From: Candidatus Babelota bacterium
Lineage (GTDB): Bacteria; Babelota; Babeliae; Babelales; CAIQNR01
Reading direction: 5' to 3'
Assembly (NCBI GenBank): GCA_965658655.1
Contig: CBFHTA010000001.1
Location: 114,507 to 178,506 of the forward strand
Length of the DNA stretch: 64,000 nt
This document shows, piece after piece, positions 28,900 through 38,410 of this stretch. The translations under genes and the position numbers were made by a program. Positions within the stretch are counted from its first letter, which is position 1. Every line of letters begins with the position of its first letter. Under the pieces are notes generated by a model. The model was not told the origin of the DNA. It saw only the letters and a list, made by a program, of their open reading frames with translations, and did no database searches.

Positions 28900-29445
28900 T
28901 TAATCGACTACAAAAAAACATTCTTTATAATGTTTGAGCTCTTCAATAGATTCTCTTATATCATCAAGCGCACGGTGAGTATTGTGTTTTTTGTGCTCCA
29001 ATGCAGGGTTCCCTGGAGACCACCTTCTAGCAAGTTCCTTAACGGTACTAACGTCTAGCGTTCTATAGTTCAAAAACTTATACAGCGCTGGCATATGATG
29101 CAAAAAGAAAAACCTATCCATCCAGACAGAATTTCCACAAAGCGGAGATTTTCCTGGCTGGCAATATTTATACAAAAAATCGAGAACCTCCCTTTCTGCT
29201 TCTTCTTCAGTAATATCTGAATTTACCACTTTTTGTAATAAGCCACTGCCGCCGTGCACTTTAGTACACCAGTCATCCATTTTTTCTAATGTTTCATCTG
29301 ACTGTCCAATAACAATTACTGGCCCCTCGGCAATAATATTCAATTGGTTGTCTGTAACAATAACAGCTATCTCTAAAATTTTATCTTTTGCTGGATGAAG
29401 TCCTGTCATCTCCAGGTCTATCCATACAAGATTATCCTTGTTCAC
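28900..29445 (-). CDS. orn: oligoribonuclease
   Basis: LVWIDLEMTGL DEDD exonuclease motif I and HRALDDIRESIEEL motif III. Confidence 0.9.
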   Translation of the reverse strand: MNKDNLVWIDLEMTGLHPAKDKILEIAVIVTDNQLNIIAEGPVIVIGQSDETLEKMDDWCTKVHGGSGLLQKVVNSDITEEEAEREVLDFLYKYCQPGKSPLCGNSVWMDRFFFLHHMPALYKFLNYRTLDVSTVKELARRWSPGNPALEHKKHNTHRALDDIRESIEELKHYKECFFVVD

Positions 29446-29610
29446 TAGCCCAATCCTTCTTTTTCAAGCCCTGCTCTAAAAAACGACCAAACAAAGTTTC
29501 ATACAAAGAGCAACAATAACATTTCATAATAAAATCAACAGTAAAAAAGGCACCTCTATTCTTGTCATCAATTTTTGTAGATCAGAACCAACCCAAAAGT
29601 TTCGGTACTC

Positions 29611-29931
29611 TTATTTCTCTGTCACCCTTCCTGAGGTATCTATAAATTTTTTATTAATCTTTTCGATTGCTTCATCAGCTGCTTTTTGAGCCTCTTCTTC
29701 GCTGCCTTCATGCGTTGAGGCTTTACGAGAACTAAGTAACCCTTCCTTTGCCACTTTGCCTTCACCTGGCCGAAACATATTAGAAAAAGAACTTGGACCA
29801 TGCAGGCTTAAACAAAGTAAGTCTAACCCACTGCTTGATCGCCCCCTTTTATGATGCCTAGAACTTTTTTTATCAGCTGCATTGCTGCCCATAACCAACA
29901 GCAATAACAATATGACGAATTCTTTTTTCAT
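29611..29931 (-). CDS. hypothetical small secreted protein
   Basis: Signal MKKEFVILLLLLVMGSNA. Charged, low-complexity mature region. Confidence 0.45.
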   Translation of the reverse strand: MKKEFVILLLLLVMGSNAADKKSSRHHKRGRSSSGLDLLCLSLHGPSSFSNMFRPGEGKVAKEGLLSSRKASTHEGSEEEAQKAADEAIEKINKKFIDTSGRVTEK

Positions 29932-30047
29932 AAACAGCTCCTTGAATTAAGGCATGTGAATTTCCCTATGCAGTATAACCTGCAAAAAAAATTAATAAAC
30001 GTTTGATTGTTCGTTATACTGACTTGTAAATTATTATTAGGAGCAGC

Positions 30048-32255
30048 ATGAACAAAATAAAAGTTGGTGTTTTAATGGGCGGCATGTCCATAGAGAAAGA
30101 AGTGTCTTTTAATTCCGGCAGAACAATTTGCGACCACCTTGATACAAACACTTACAACATTATCCCTCTTTTTCAAACTACAAACAATCAACTTTTCATT
30201 TTACCATGGCGTTTTTTATATCGTGGAAAAATTAGTGACTTTGAACATCGACTCGAAAGAGAAGCAAAAAAAATCATCTGGGACGACCTAAAAAAACTTA
30301 TAGATTTTATGTACATTGCAGTACACGGACGCTACGCAGAGGATGGGACACTGCAAGGCTTCCTAGAAGTATTAGGCGTTCCCTATCTGGGATCAAAAGT
30401 TTTAGGAAGCGCGCTTGGGATGAATAAAACGCTTCAGAAGAAGTTTTTAGAGACTAACAATATTGCAACACCTAAAGGAATTACAGTTTATCCACACGAA
30501 ACCATTGAAGATACAACGCACATTTTAAAGCGACTAAATAAAGAAAAAATCCCTCTACCTTTAATCGTAAAACCAAACCAAGAAGGTTCGAGCTTGGGAG
30601 TGTCTGTTGTTTTCAACGAAGAAGAGCTGCAACCTGCTCTTAAAGCTGCTCGAGATGTTCATACAGGAGAACAGCAACCCGTTTTAATAGAAGAAAAACT
30701 AGAAGGTATGGAGTTTTCTTGTATCACATTATTCAACAGCAAAACAGGCAAACCGTTACCACTCCCACCTACAGAAGTGGTAATAGAAAAAAACACCCAC
30801 ATTCACGACTACGAACAAAAATACATGCCGGGTCGTGCGCAAAAATTTACCCCTGCTCGTTGCTCAGAAAAAACATTAAAAGCTATCCAGCACACCTGTT
30901 TAAAAGCTACAGAAGCTCTCCACTTTAAAACGATTTCTCGTATCGATGGCTTTGTAAAAAAAGATGGAACGATAGTAATCGTTGACCCCAACACCTTGTC
31001 TGGCATGGCACCATCAAGCTTCTTTTTTAATCAAGCGGCAGAGATTGGCATGAGCCATACTGACTTAATTAACCATTTAATTGCAACAGAGTTAACCACC
31101 TCTACAGGGCTTAACAAACAAATAAAAATAAAGAAAATTATGAACAAAAGGCTTCGTGTGGGGGTACTACTCGGCGGAACAAGTAACGAAAAAGAGACCT
31201 CTTTGGATTCGGGAAGAAACATTTTTTACAAATTATCCCCAGATAAATACGAGGCAACCACTCTTTTTGTAGATAAAAAATTAGAACTCTATCCACTTAC
31301 TCAAAAATTATTAGTACATAATTCAACCAAAGAAATTGAACACGACCTTGATAGATCTACAAAAATTAGCTGGAACAGTCTCCCAGAAAGATTTGACTTC
31401 ATCTTTATTGGTCTTCATGGCGGCGCAGGAGAAAATGGCTCTGTGCAAGGAACTCTTGAAATGCTAGGGTTGCCCTATAACGGCTCTGGTGTTGCAGCAA
31501 GTGCTCTGTGCATGAACAAGTATGAAACAAATAAATTACTCGCCAGCCAAGATTTTGCCGTCCCTAAAAACCTTTTAATCTCCAAGGAGGACTGGCAGAA
31601 AAACAAACCTTTTATTCTCAAAAAAATAGAAAAAGAACTTTCTCTTCCGTTTATTGCAAAGCCACACGATGACGGCTGCAGCATGATGGTTCAAAAAATA
31701 AAGACGTTTAAAGAAACAGAAGAAGCTTTAAATGCTATTTTTAGAGACAACAAAACCCACAGTTTTTTAGAAGAATTTGTACAGGGAATGGAGCTGACCG
31801 TTGGAGTGATCGGGAATGAAAAACCTCAAGCCCTTCCTCCAAGCCAGGCTGTGGTCAATGGCGAAATTTTAACAATCGAAGAAAAATTCTTACCAGGCGC
31901 AGGAGAAAACCAAACTCCAGCACCGCTGCCCAAAGAAGCCTTAATATTTGTGCAAAAGACGATGGAACAAGTTTATAAAACAATTGGCTGCTCAGGTTAT
32001 GCTCGTATCGATTGCTTTTATCAAACCGCAAAACAAAGCCCCACGGGTAAAGAACGCGTAATAACCCTGGAAGTCAACTCCCTCCCTGGCCTCACTCCTG
32101 CAACTTGTATTTTTCACCAAGCCGCAGAAATTGGAATAAAGCCTATGGAATTTATCGATAGTATTATCCAAATGGGACTAGAGAAACATACATCTCTCAA
32201 TTCTTCAATCCCTCGATACGACTCCTATGGTATCACTCGGGATGATTCGAGATAA
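30048..32255 (+). CDS. ddl: tandem (two-module) D-alanine--D-alanine ligase-family ATP-grasp protein
   Basis: 735 aa in one ORF. Module 1 (30048-31139) has GGMSIEKEVSFNSG and VHGRYAEDGTLQG. Module 2 (31140-32255) has GGTSNEKETSLDSG, LHGGAGENGSVQG and LEVNSLPGLT. Confidence 0.85.
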   Translation: MNKIKVGVLMGGMSIEKEVSFNSGRTICDHLDTNTYNIIPLFQTTNNQLFILPWRFLYRGKISDFEHRLEREAKKIIWDDLKKLIDFMYIAVHGRYAEDGTLQGFLEVLGVPYLGSKVLGSALGMNKTLQKKFLETNNIATPKGITVYPHETIEDTTHILKRLNKEKIPLPLIVKPNQEGSSLGVSVVFNEEELQPALKAARDVHTGEQQPVLIEEKLEGMEFSCITLFNSKTGKPLPLPPTEVVIEKNTHIHDYEQKYMPGRAQKFTPARCSEKTLKAIQHTCLKATEALHFKTISRIDGFVKKDGTIVIVDPNTLSGMAPSSFFFNQAAEIGMSHTDLINHLIATELTTSTGLNKQIKIKKIMNKRLRVGVLLGGTSNEKETSLDSGRNIFYKLSPDKYEATTLFVDKKLELYPLTQKLLVHNSTKEIEHDLDRSTKISWNSLPERFDFIFIGLHGGAGENGSVQGTLEMLGLPYNGSGVAASALCMNKYETNKLLASQDFAVPKNLLISKEDWQKNKPFILKKIEKELSLPFIAKPHDDGCSMMVQKIKTFKETEEALNAIFRDNKTHSFLEEFVQGMELTVGVIGNEKPQALPPSQAVVNGEILTIEEKFLPGAGENQTPAPLPKEALIFVQKTMEQVYKTIGCSGYARIDCFYQTAKQSPTGKERVITLEVNSLPGLTPATCIFHQAAEIGIKPMEFIDSIIQMGLEKHTSLNSSIPRYDSYGITRDDSR

Positions 32256-32405
32256 AATAATGAATGCAATCGAGTTATCCTGAATGGTTTTCTCAACAAA
32301 ACAAGAAGGGCTGTATTGAATGATCGAGAGACACTTTTATTGACCAATCCAACACAAATTACGTACCTTGAAAAAAACAGTTCTTTTAATTAGGGGAGTA
32401 GAAAT

Positions 32406-33029
32406 ATGTGTTTTTCAGCATCAGCAAGTTTTGCTGCAGCCGGAGTTTTGTCGGTTATTGGTCTCTTATCTTTAAAAAAAGTAAAACATAAAAAATATGT
32501 TCCTTTTGCTATGATTCCAATCTTTTTTGCTATCCAACAGGCATTTGAAGGTGTTGTTTGGCTTACCTACCAACAACCAGTAAATGCGTTAGTTCATCAA
32601 TTCTCAATGTATGCCTTTTTATTCTTTGCTTTCTTCTTCTGGCCAGTTTGGATTCCATTCTCTTTTGCTTTAATAGAAACAAAAGCTGGTCGTCGAAATC
32701 TACTTTACGGATTAATGGGAATTGGGGTTGCTATATCAAGCGGACTCATTTACTCAGTTGCACAACTTGGTGTATCAGCAGAAATTACTTGTAATCATGT
32801 AAAATACATTGTTGATATTCCAGGAGTTTTCCATGAATGGGGAGCATGGATCTACTGTGTGGCAACCGTTTTGCCGTTCTTTGTATCAAGTAAAAGAATG
32901 GCGTGGGTATTTGGACTCGCGCTCTGTGGATCTGTTGCTGTAAGTGCTTACTTCTTTACCGCTCACTTTACTTCTGTTTGGTGCTTCTTGGCAGCGCTAC
33001 TGAGCTTGGGCGTATACGCATATTTATAA
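32406..33029 (+). CDS. hypothetical polytopic membrane protein
   Basis: 207 aa with about 6 hydrophobic helices. No catalytic motif recognised. Confidence 0.6.
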   Translation: MCFSASASFAAAGVLSVIGLLSLKKVKHKKYVPFAMIPIFFAIQQAFEGVVWLTYQQPVNALVHQFSMYAFLFFAFFFWPVWIPFSFALIETKAGRRNLLYGLMGIGVAISSGLIYSVAQLGVSAEITCNHVKYIVDIPGVFHEWGAWIYCVATVLPFFVSSKRMAWVFGLALCGSVAVSAYFFTAHFTSVWCFLAALLSLGVYAYL

Positions 33030-33030
33030 T

Positions 33031-33070
33031 AAAAAAAAGAGCCGGTTAAAAAACTGGCTCTTTCTAATTT
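33031..33070. terminator. bidirectional Rho-independent terminator between convergent genes
   Basis: A8 run, stem agagccggtt / aactggctct (one G:T pair), loop aaaa, then a T-rich tail. Confidence 0.55.
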
Positions 33071-33094
33071 TTATATTTTTACAAAAAATACCAA

Positions 33095-34405
33095 TTAAAT
33101 ATGAATAAGTTTTCCCTTGCGGAAAGCAAGAATTAACAAACCAATCAAATGCGGTATGGCAACCATAATCTGCATAAGATCCATTAGTTTCCAGATAAGA
33201 GCAACATCTGCTAATGCACCAAAAAACACCACAACGGATAAAGCTATATAATACCACATCATAAAGCGGTACTTAGTAAACGAAGCAAAACTTTGACTTG
33301 CGTTAAAGCTGTTCCCAATCACAGTTGTTAAAACAAACAGGGTAATGCTGCTTAACAATACCCACTGGCCAATACCAGGAGAATAAACCTTAAAGGCTTC
33401 GTATACGAGCGTATTGGAGAAACCACCTCGCATCCAAAGACCAGTAACAACTACGATAAGACCAGACAAAATAGAAAGAATCATGTCTGCGGCTACCGAG
33501 AACATTGCAAGGACTGCTTGATCTGCATGACGATCAGTATCTGCCATAGCATGAGCAATAGAAGAAGTTCCAAGACCTGCTTCTGTAATATAAATACTGC
33601 GATGAATCCCTTGTTGCATTGCAGACATAATGCTTGCACCTACAAATCCACCTACAGCAGCACAAGGACTAAATGCGCTAGAAAAAACTAAACTTATAGC
33701 ACCCTTCAAAGCGCCAAAATCTCTAAACAAAATACTTAAAGCAAATGTTACGTATAATACAAACATGAACGGAACAACTTTGCTCGCAAGCTCTCCAATC
33801 CGTTTAATGCCACCCAAAAGAACAACAAAAACAATAAGAGAAAGCAAAAATCCTGTTACCCACAAAGGAACAGACTCTAGCTGGAAAATATCGGCAAGAG
33901 TGTTTGCTTGCTGACCAGACCAACCTGCAAATAAAAACATTGTTAAAGTGCCATACCATGCAGCAAGAAAAGGACTGACCTCTTTTAGGTACTGCGTTGG
34001 GCCACCAAGAATTTCGCCTCGTTTTAGCTTAGTTCTGTATTCCATAGCAAAAATAACTTCAGCAAACTTAGTAACTGCCCCAAAAAAAGCATACGCCACT
34101 AGCCAGAACAATGCTCCAGGGCCACCAGTAGAAACAGCAACGGTAGGACCAACAATATTACCCATACCAATAGTAGTAGACATTGCAGTCAATAGCGCAT
34201 GAAATGGGTTAATAGACTTTTCACCTTTTGTTTCTTTGTGATGGTTAACCCCACCAAAAAGAAGTCTCATTAGACGTGGAAGGGCACGAACTTGAATGAA
34301 GCGTGTTTTAATTGTTAAAACAATTCCAACCGTTAAATAAAGCAACATAGCTGGTAAAGCAACAGCCTCACCTGCACGCGTGCAAAAATGTTCTAAATTG
34401 ATCAT
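33095..34405 (-). CDS. alanine/glycine:cation symporter (AGCS family)
   Basis: 436 aa, polytopic. INPFHALLTAMSTTIGMGNIVG and GGPGALFW are typical of sodium:alanine symporters. Confidence 0.9.
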   Translation of the reverse strand: MINLEHFCTRAGEAVALPAMLLYLTVGIVLTIKTRFIQVRALPRLMRLLFGGVNHHKETKGEKSINPFHALLTAMSTTIGMGNIVGPTVAVSTGGPGALFWLVAYAFFGAVTKFAEVIFAMEYRTKLKRGEILGGPTQYLKEVSPFLAAWYGTLTMFLFAGWSGQQANTLADIFQLESVPLWVTGFLLSLIVFVVLLGGIKRIGELASKVVPFMFVLYVTFALSILFRDFGALKGAISLVFSSAFSPCAAVGGFVGASIMSAMQQGIHRSIYITEAGLGTSSIAHAMADTDRHADQAVLAMFSVAADMILSILSGLIVVVTGLWMRGGFSNTLVYEAFKVYSPGIGQWVLLSSITLFVLTTVIGNSFNASQSFASFTKYRFMMWYYIALSVVVFFGALADVALIWKLMDLMQIMVAIPHLIGLLILAFRKGKLIHI

Positions 34406-34490
34406 AAGTATGGCTCCTTAATTTTCGACATAAAGATCCCCTAAAAAGAAAATTCGCACTATAACAATAATGCGAACATAAAGACCTATT

Positions 34491-35096
34491 CTATACTTTT
34501 TTGGCCAAAAAAGACAGAGCTTGCCTCATAAGTGCGTCAAACGGTGCTGCTGCACCTCCTCCTTCTTTGCGCAAATATGTTAATGTTGCTTCTATTTCTT
34601 GGCGAGAATAATTAAGGGATTGTAAAACTTGAGTAAGGTTTTTCCATTGCTCTAAAGACTCTTGTGCGCCTTGCTCAAAAGCAATTCCGCTATCAATGAG
34701 CTTACTTACTTTATGACGCAACTGTACAATAATTTGTTCTGCTTTTTTTGCCCCAATTCCACTTACAGAACTAAGAGCTTTATCATCACCCTCTTGAATA
34801 GCTTGCAAAAAAGCATTAGGTGAAAGTTGGTGCAAAACTGCCAAGCCAATTTTAGGACCAAGGCCAGAGCAACTAGTAATCAATAAAAAAACAGTTCGTT
34901 CTAGTTCAGAAGAAAAACCATAAAGACTTGGTCCATTGTCGCTATTCCAATGCATATGGATAGGAACCGTAATTTCTTGTTTCCCCTGAAAAAATTCTGG
35001 ACTCGGCACTTGGAAGGCAAAGCCTACCCCTTGAACATCTAAGGTTATTGTGCTGTCTGAAATGGTGGCAATCTTGCCTTTTAAATAAGAAAACAT
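34491..35096 (-). CDS. ruvA: Holliday junction DNA helicase subunit RuvA
   Basis: The ATG at 35096 gives MFSYLKGKI...TLDVQGVGF. HhH motifs GLGPKIGLAVL and VSGIGAKKAEQI are present. The ORF's upstream extension to 35210 is probably untranslated. Confidence 0.9.
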   Translation of the reverse strand: MFSYLKGKIATISDSTITLDVQGVGFAFQVPSPEFFQGKQEITVPIHMHWNSDNGPSLYGFSSELERTVFLLITSCSGLGPKIGLAVLHQLSPNAFLQAIQEGDDKALSSVSGIGAKKAEQIIVQLRHKVSKLIDSGIAFEQGAQESLEQWKNLTQVLQSLNYSRQEIEATLTYLRKEGGGAAAPFDALMRQALSFLAKKV

Positions 35097-35214
35097 AGCT
35101 ATTCCTTCTGATTTGAACTGTGGGCAGTTTAACAGCAGAATACTGGTAAGTAAATTTATAAGCTTAAGTGATGATTGACAAAAGCTTTGCGTATGATACC
35201 TTTTAAACACTTCT

Positions 35215-35290
35215 GTGGGAATAGCTCAGCTGGTAGAGCGTTGCCTTGCCAAGGCAAAGGTCGCGGGTTCAAATCCCGTTTCCCACTCCA
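35215..35290 (+). tRNA. tRNA-Gly (anticodon GCC)
   Basis: GTGGGAATAGCTCAGCTGGTAGAGCGTTGCCTTGCCAAGGCAAAGGTCGCGGGTTCAAATCCCGTTTCCCACTCCA. It folds as a cloverleaf with a 7-bp acceptor stem, GCC in the anticodon loop, a GGTTCAAATCC T-loop and an encoded CCA. Confidence 0.95.
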
Positions 35291-35304
35291 AAATCCCCTT
35301 CCTA

Positions 35305-35334
35305 TTTACTATTCTTGCCTCCTTTTGGTATAAT
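35305..35334 (+). promoter_or_regulatory. candidate promoter for jag-like/mnmE (extended -10)
   Basis: TTTACT (35305-35310), 18-nt spacer, TATAAT (35329-35334), preceded by TG (TGgTATAAT). Confidence 0.35.
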
Positions 35335-35411
35335 AAACTAATATTATAAGCTATAAGTGCTTTTAAGGGTAAAAAGCCAAGCAAACATCCAAAGAAAGGC
35401 TAATTGGAAAG

Positions 35412-36083
35412 ATGAAATCACTGGTTGAAGAAGCGTCAAGCATAACCAAAGCCATCGAAAAAGCATGGATTAGGGCGGGACAGCCTCAGTCATTTTCAGT
35501 AAAAATTTTTGAAACCCCCGAAATCGGATTCTTGGGATTTACAAGAAAGTCTGCAAAAGTAGGTATTTTCTTTGAAGAACCAATACCGGAAAGATCAAAC
35601 AAAAAACACTACTCTCGTCCAGCTAATAAGCGGACAAGCCGGAAACCTTCTGAGCACTCTGCTCCGCGCAGAGAGCCTCGAACTGGTTCACAAGAACGTC
35701 ATCCCAGCAATCGTCCTGCACAAAGAACAGTAGACTCTCGAGAAGAAAAAAGAGAGACAAGGCCAAAAACAAGTCCTCGGCGCAGAGAAGATAATCGAGA
35801 AACAGACACACGAAAAGAACGTTCTGTTGCTCAGCCAAGACGCCCACAAAGGCGTTCGCCGCGAAGAGAAGACCTTCAGGAAAACAAGCGACCACAACGT
35901 GATCGCCAAGAACAACCTGTGCAAGAAAGCCGTAAACCAGAGAACAAAGTTGCACCAAAAGCAGTAACGCCGGTTTCAAAACCTCAAGAAACTGCTCCAG
36001 CAGCTCCCGCGGTTAAGCGTCCTCCTAAAATTTCTGGTCGAAGATTTTCTGGACACAAAAAAAGCAAGACTGAAGACTCGTAA
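35412..36083 (+). CDS. Jag/KhpB N-terminal-domain protein with Arg/Glu/Pro-rich disordered tail (no KH/R3H)
   Basis: The first ~55 aa (SITKAIEKAWIRAGQPQSFSVKIFETPEIGFLGFTRKSAKV) resemble Jag_N. The rest is a basic low-complexity tail. It sits immediately upstream of mnmE, as jag does in many genomes. Confidence 0.6.
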   Translation: MKSLVEEASSITKAIEKAWIRAGQPQSFSVKIFETPEIGFLGFTRKSAKVGIFFEEPIPERSNKKHYSRPANKRTSRKPSEHSAPRREPRTGSQERHPSNRPAQRTVDSREEKRETRPKTSPRRREDNRETDTRKERSVAQPRRPQRRSPRREDLQENKRPQRDRQEQPVQESRKPENKVAPKAVTPVSKPQETAPAAPAVKRPPKISGRRFSGHKKSKTEDS

Positions 36084-36104
36084 ACTTTGTTTTGTTAAGA
36101 GTTT

Positions 36105-37487
36105 TTGCTAAAAATAACTGGAGGTTACTTGTTCACTGAAACTATTGTGGCTCAATGCACCCCGGCTGGATCTGGAGCCTTGGCGCTTTTACGAGTTTCT
36201 GGATCGAATGCATGGGAAATTACTAGTAAAGCTGCAAAGCTTTCTTCTAAGCAACCGCTGTCTAAAGTTGCTTCACACACCATTCATCATGGCTGGGTTG
36301 TGGATAACAAAGGCACCCTCATTGATGAGGTAATGTTTTTTGCTATGCGTGGCCCAAAAACCTTTACTGGTGAAGATGTTATTGAAATAACAAGCCACAA
36401 TAACCCTTTTATTATCGAGAATATTTTACAACAAATTATACATTGCGGAGCGCGCCTTGCTCAACCGGGAGAATTTTCTCGCCAAGCAGTAGAAAACAAT
36501 AAACTCGATCTAATCCAGGCTGAAGCAATTAATGAACTCATTCAGGCAAATTCACAACAGGTACTTAAACAATCGCTTGAGCAATTACGCGGTAGCCTTT
36601 CTCACTGGGTTAAAAAATTAGAAAAAAATGTTATTCAACTAATTGCACTTTGTGAAGCAAGCTTTGAATTCTTAGAAGAAGAAATGGACTTCTCTGACCA
36701 AATGCATAAAACGGTCGGACAACTATTAGCACACATTGCAAGTCTAAAAATAACCTTTAACAAGCAACAACAGATTAGAGAAGGGGTCCGTGTTGCAATT
36801 ATTGGCCCTGCAAATACAGGAAAATCTTCTTTATTTAATGCTCTAACCGGAAAAGATAAAGCTATAGTGACTAAATTTTCTGGAACCACGCGCGATGTAC
36901 TCGAAACAGGACTTTATGAAGATGGCATGTACATAACATTAATCGATACTGCCGGAGTCAGAAATGCTTTTGATGAAATTGAAAAAGAAGGAATCGTTCG
37001 TTCTTATAAAGAAGCAAAAACGGCCGATATTATTCTTTTGTCTCTTGATGGGGGAGAGGAACCATCTAAAGAGCAAAAAATGGTTTATGAGGATATTTAC
37101 AAAAAGCACAAAGAGAAAATTATCATAGTTAAAAACAAAGCTGACCGCAAAAATAAAAACTCTCTTTTTCCGTTTGCAAATCTACGAGTTTCAAGTCAGA
37201 AAAAAACAGGACTTAATGAGCTGAAGAAGGAAGTCATAAAAAAAGTAAACGAGCTGTTCAGCTCAGGTTCTTCTTCTTTCTTAGTTAATAAGCGGCATTA
37301 CGATCTGCTAATCGCTTTTGAACAAGAACTTTTAATCGTGAAAGGTATGCTGACAGGACCAGCGGACTACGAACTAATAGCTCACCATCTAAAAGAAGCG
37401 CTCGCTACACTCACAGAGTTAACAGGTAAATCTGTAAGCGAACAAGCGCTTGACGCTGTCTTTAGAGAATTTTGCGTAGGTAAATAA
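36105..37487 (+). CDS. mnmE: tRNA modification GTPase MnmE
   Basis: N-terminal TIVAQCTP, G-domain [14 protein letters not shown] and DTAG, and C-terminal FCVGK (the CxGK motif). Start is TTG 36105 or TTG 36129, the latter after GGAGG. Confidence 0.93.
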   Translation: MLKITGGYLFTETIVAQCTPAGSGALALLRVSGSNAWEITSKAAKLSSKQPLSKVASHTIHHGWVVDNKGTLIDEVMFFAMRGPKTFTGEDVIEITSHNNPFIIENILQQIIHCGARLAQPGEFSRQAVENNKLDLIQAEAINELIQANSQQVLKQSLEQLRGSLSHWVKKLEKNVIQLIALCEASFEFLEEEMDFSDQMHKTVGQLLAHIASLKITFNKQQQIREGVRVAIIGPANTGKSSLFNALTGKDKAIVTKFSGTTRDVLETGLYEDGMYITLIDTAGVRNAFDEIEKEGIVRSYKEAKTADIILLSLDGGEEPSKEQKMVYEDIYKKHKEKIIIVKNKADRKNKNSLFPFANLRVSSQKKTGLNELKKEVIKKVNELFSSGSSSFLVNKRHYDLLIAFEQELLIVKGMLTGPADYELIAHHLKEALATLTELTGKSVSEQALDAVFREFCVGK

Positions 37488-37488
37488 T

Positions 37489-38139
37489 TTACGAAATAAG
37501 TGTTGTAAACTCTACACGACGATTTCGCTGCTCTCTACCTTCAACATCTACTGCTACTTTGCTATCTCCATAACCAACAGCCTTTATCTTGTCTGAAGAG
37601 ATGCCGGCGCTAGCAAGTCGTTTTGAAACAGTATTTGCACGTTTCTGAGAAACAGCCATGTTGTAGGTTTCACTAATACATTTCTTATCAGAGTGTCCTT
37701 CTACCCGAACAACTTTTCCACCTTTTACAGCTTCTTTAGCTTGCTGAGTATCATATTGCACCACTGCTTCTTGGTCTTTTCTGATTGTATAGTTATCGTA
37801 ACTAAAATAAACAGGCTCAAAGTCTACATGTTCCACTTTGTCTTCGCGTAATTCTCTTTTTTCTTTGGCCATAGAGTCTTTGTGTGAAATTTTTATAGGA
37901 GCATAGCGTTGATCTTGCTCTTCACCCTCTAAAATAAATGCTTCTACTTTTTCATCCCAAAAGCGAGTATTTCCTACTTTGTAGCGAGCCAATGGAACAC
38001 CAGAACCAGAAGAGCGAGACGCTAATTTTTTTGAACTTTTTTTAGAGGTTGTTTTTTTTGCAGCTTTTTTAGTTGAAAAACAGCCAGAGAGGCCAAAAGC
38101 AACCGGAACTAACAACCCTATGAATAGTATTTTTTTCAT
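37489..38139 (-). CDS. pal: OmpA-domain peptidoglycan-associated lipoprotein (Pal-like)
   Basis: Lipobox FGLSGC. C-terminal OmpA_C-like VEGHSDKK...N..VSQKRA..V...L...GI...I.AVGYG and NRRVEF. Confidence 0.8.
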   Translation of the reverse strand: MKKILFIGLLVPVAFGLSGCFSTKKAAKKTTSKKSSKKLASRSSGSGVPLARYKVGNTRFWDEKVEAFILEGEEQDQRYAPIKISHKDSMAKEKRELREDKVEHVDFEPVYFSYDNYTIRKDQEAVVQYDTQQAKEAVKGGKVVRVEGHSDKKCISETYNMAVSQKRANTVSKRLASAGISSDKIKAVGYGDSKVAVDVEGREQRNRRVEFTTLIS

Positions 38140-38410
38140 TATAAAACTCCTTTATACTCTTAATTCACAATCAAACGGTGGTGATCATAACATGTTTTTT
38201 TATTTTTTCCTATGATTGTCCATAGGCTCCACACCCTTGTTTTGAAGGGATTTATTTATACACTTTCTGGTGACTATAAGCTTAAAAATCAACGTTTTGA
38301 CCCTCCAGAAGGTCTCAATGCTATCAATTTTTTCTAATTTTTTATATACTGGTCTCGTAAGGAAGAGTAGGGATAAAAAATTATACAGATCTTACCCCTA
38401 AGAGGGACAC

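Noticed and set aside
31139-31142. The internal ATG at the start of Ddl module 2 as evidence for two separate ddl genes
   Set aside because: There is no stop codon between the modules and no Shine-Dalgarno-like sequence upstream of the internal ATG (aaaataaagaaaatt). I treat it as one ORF, pending read-level verification.
33630-34202. Plus-strand ORFs 33630..33914 and 33948..34202 inside the AGCS symporter gene
   Set aside because: Antisense to a 436-aa transporter with conserved family motifs.
35097-35210. 38-codon N-terminal extension of the ruvA ORF
   Set aside because: Canonical RuvA begins M-(I/F)-x-x-L-x-G, which matches the ATG at 35096. The extension has no homology-like features and abuts the tRNA-Gly gene.
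35623-35979. Minus-strand ORFs (118 and 78 aa) inside the jag-like gene
   Set aside because: They are open only because the sense strand encodes a repetitive Arg/Glu/Pro-rich tail (purine-rich codons lacking antisense stops). Leu/Phe-rich nonsense products are typical of shadow ORFs.
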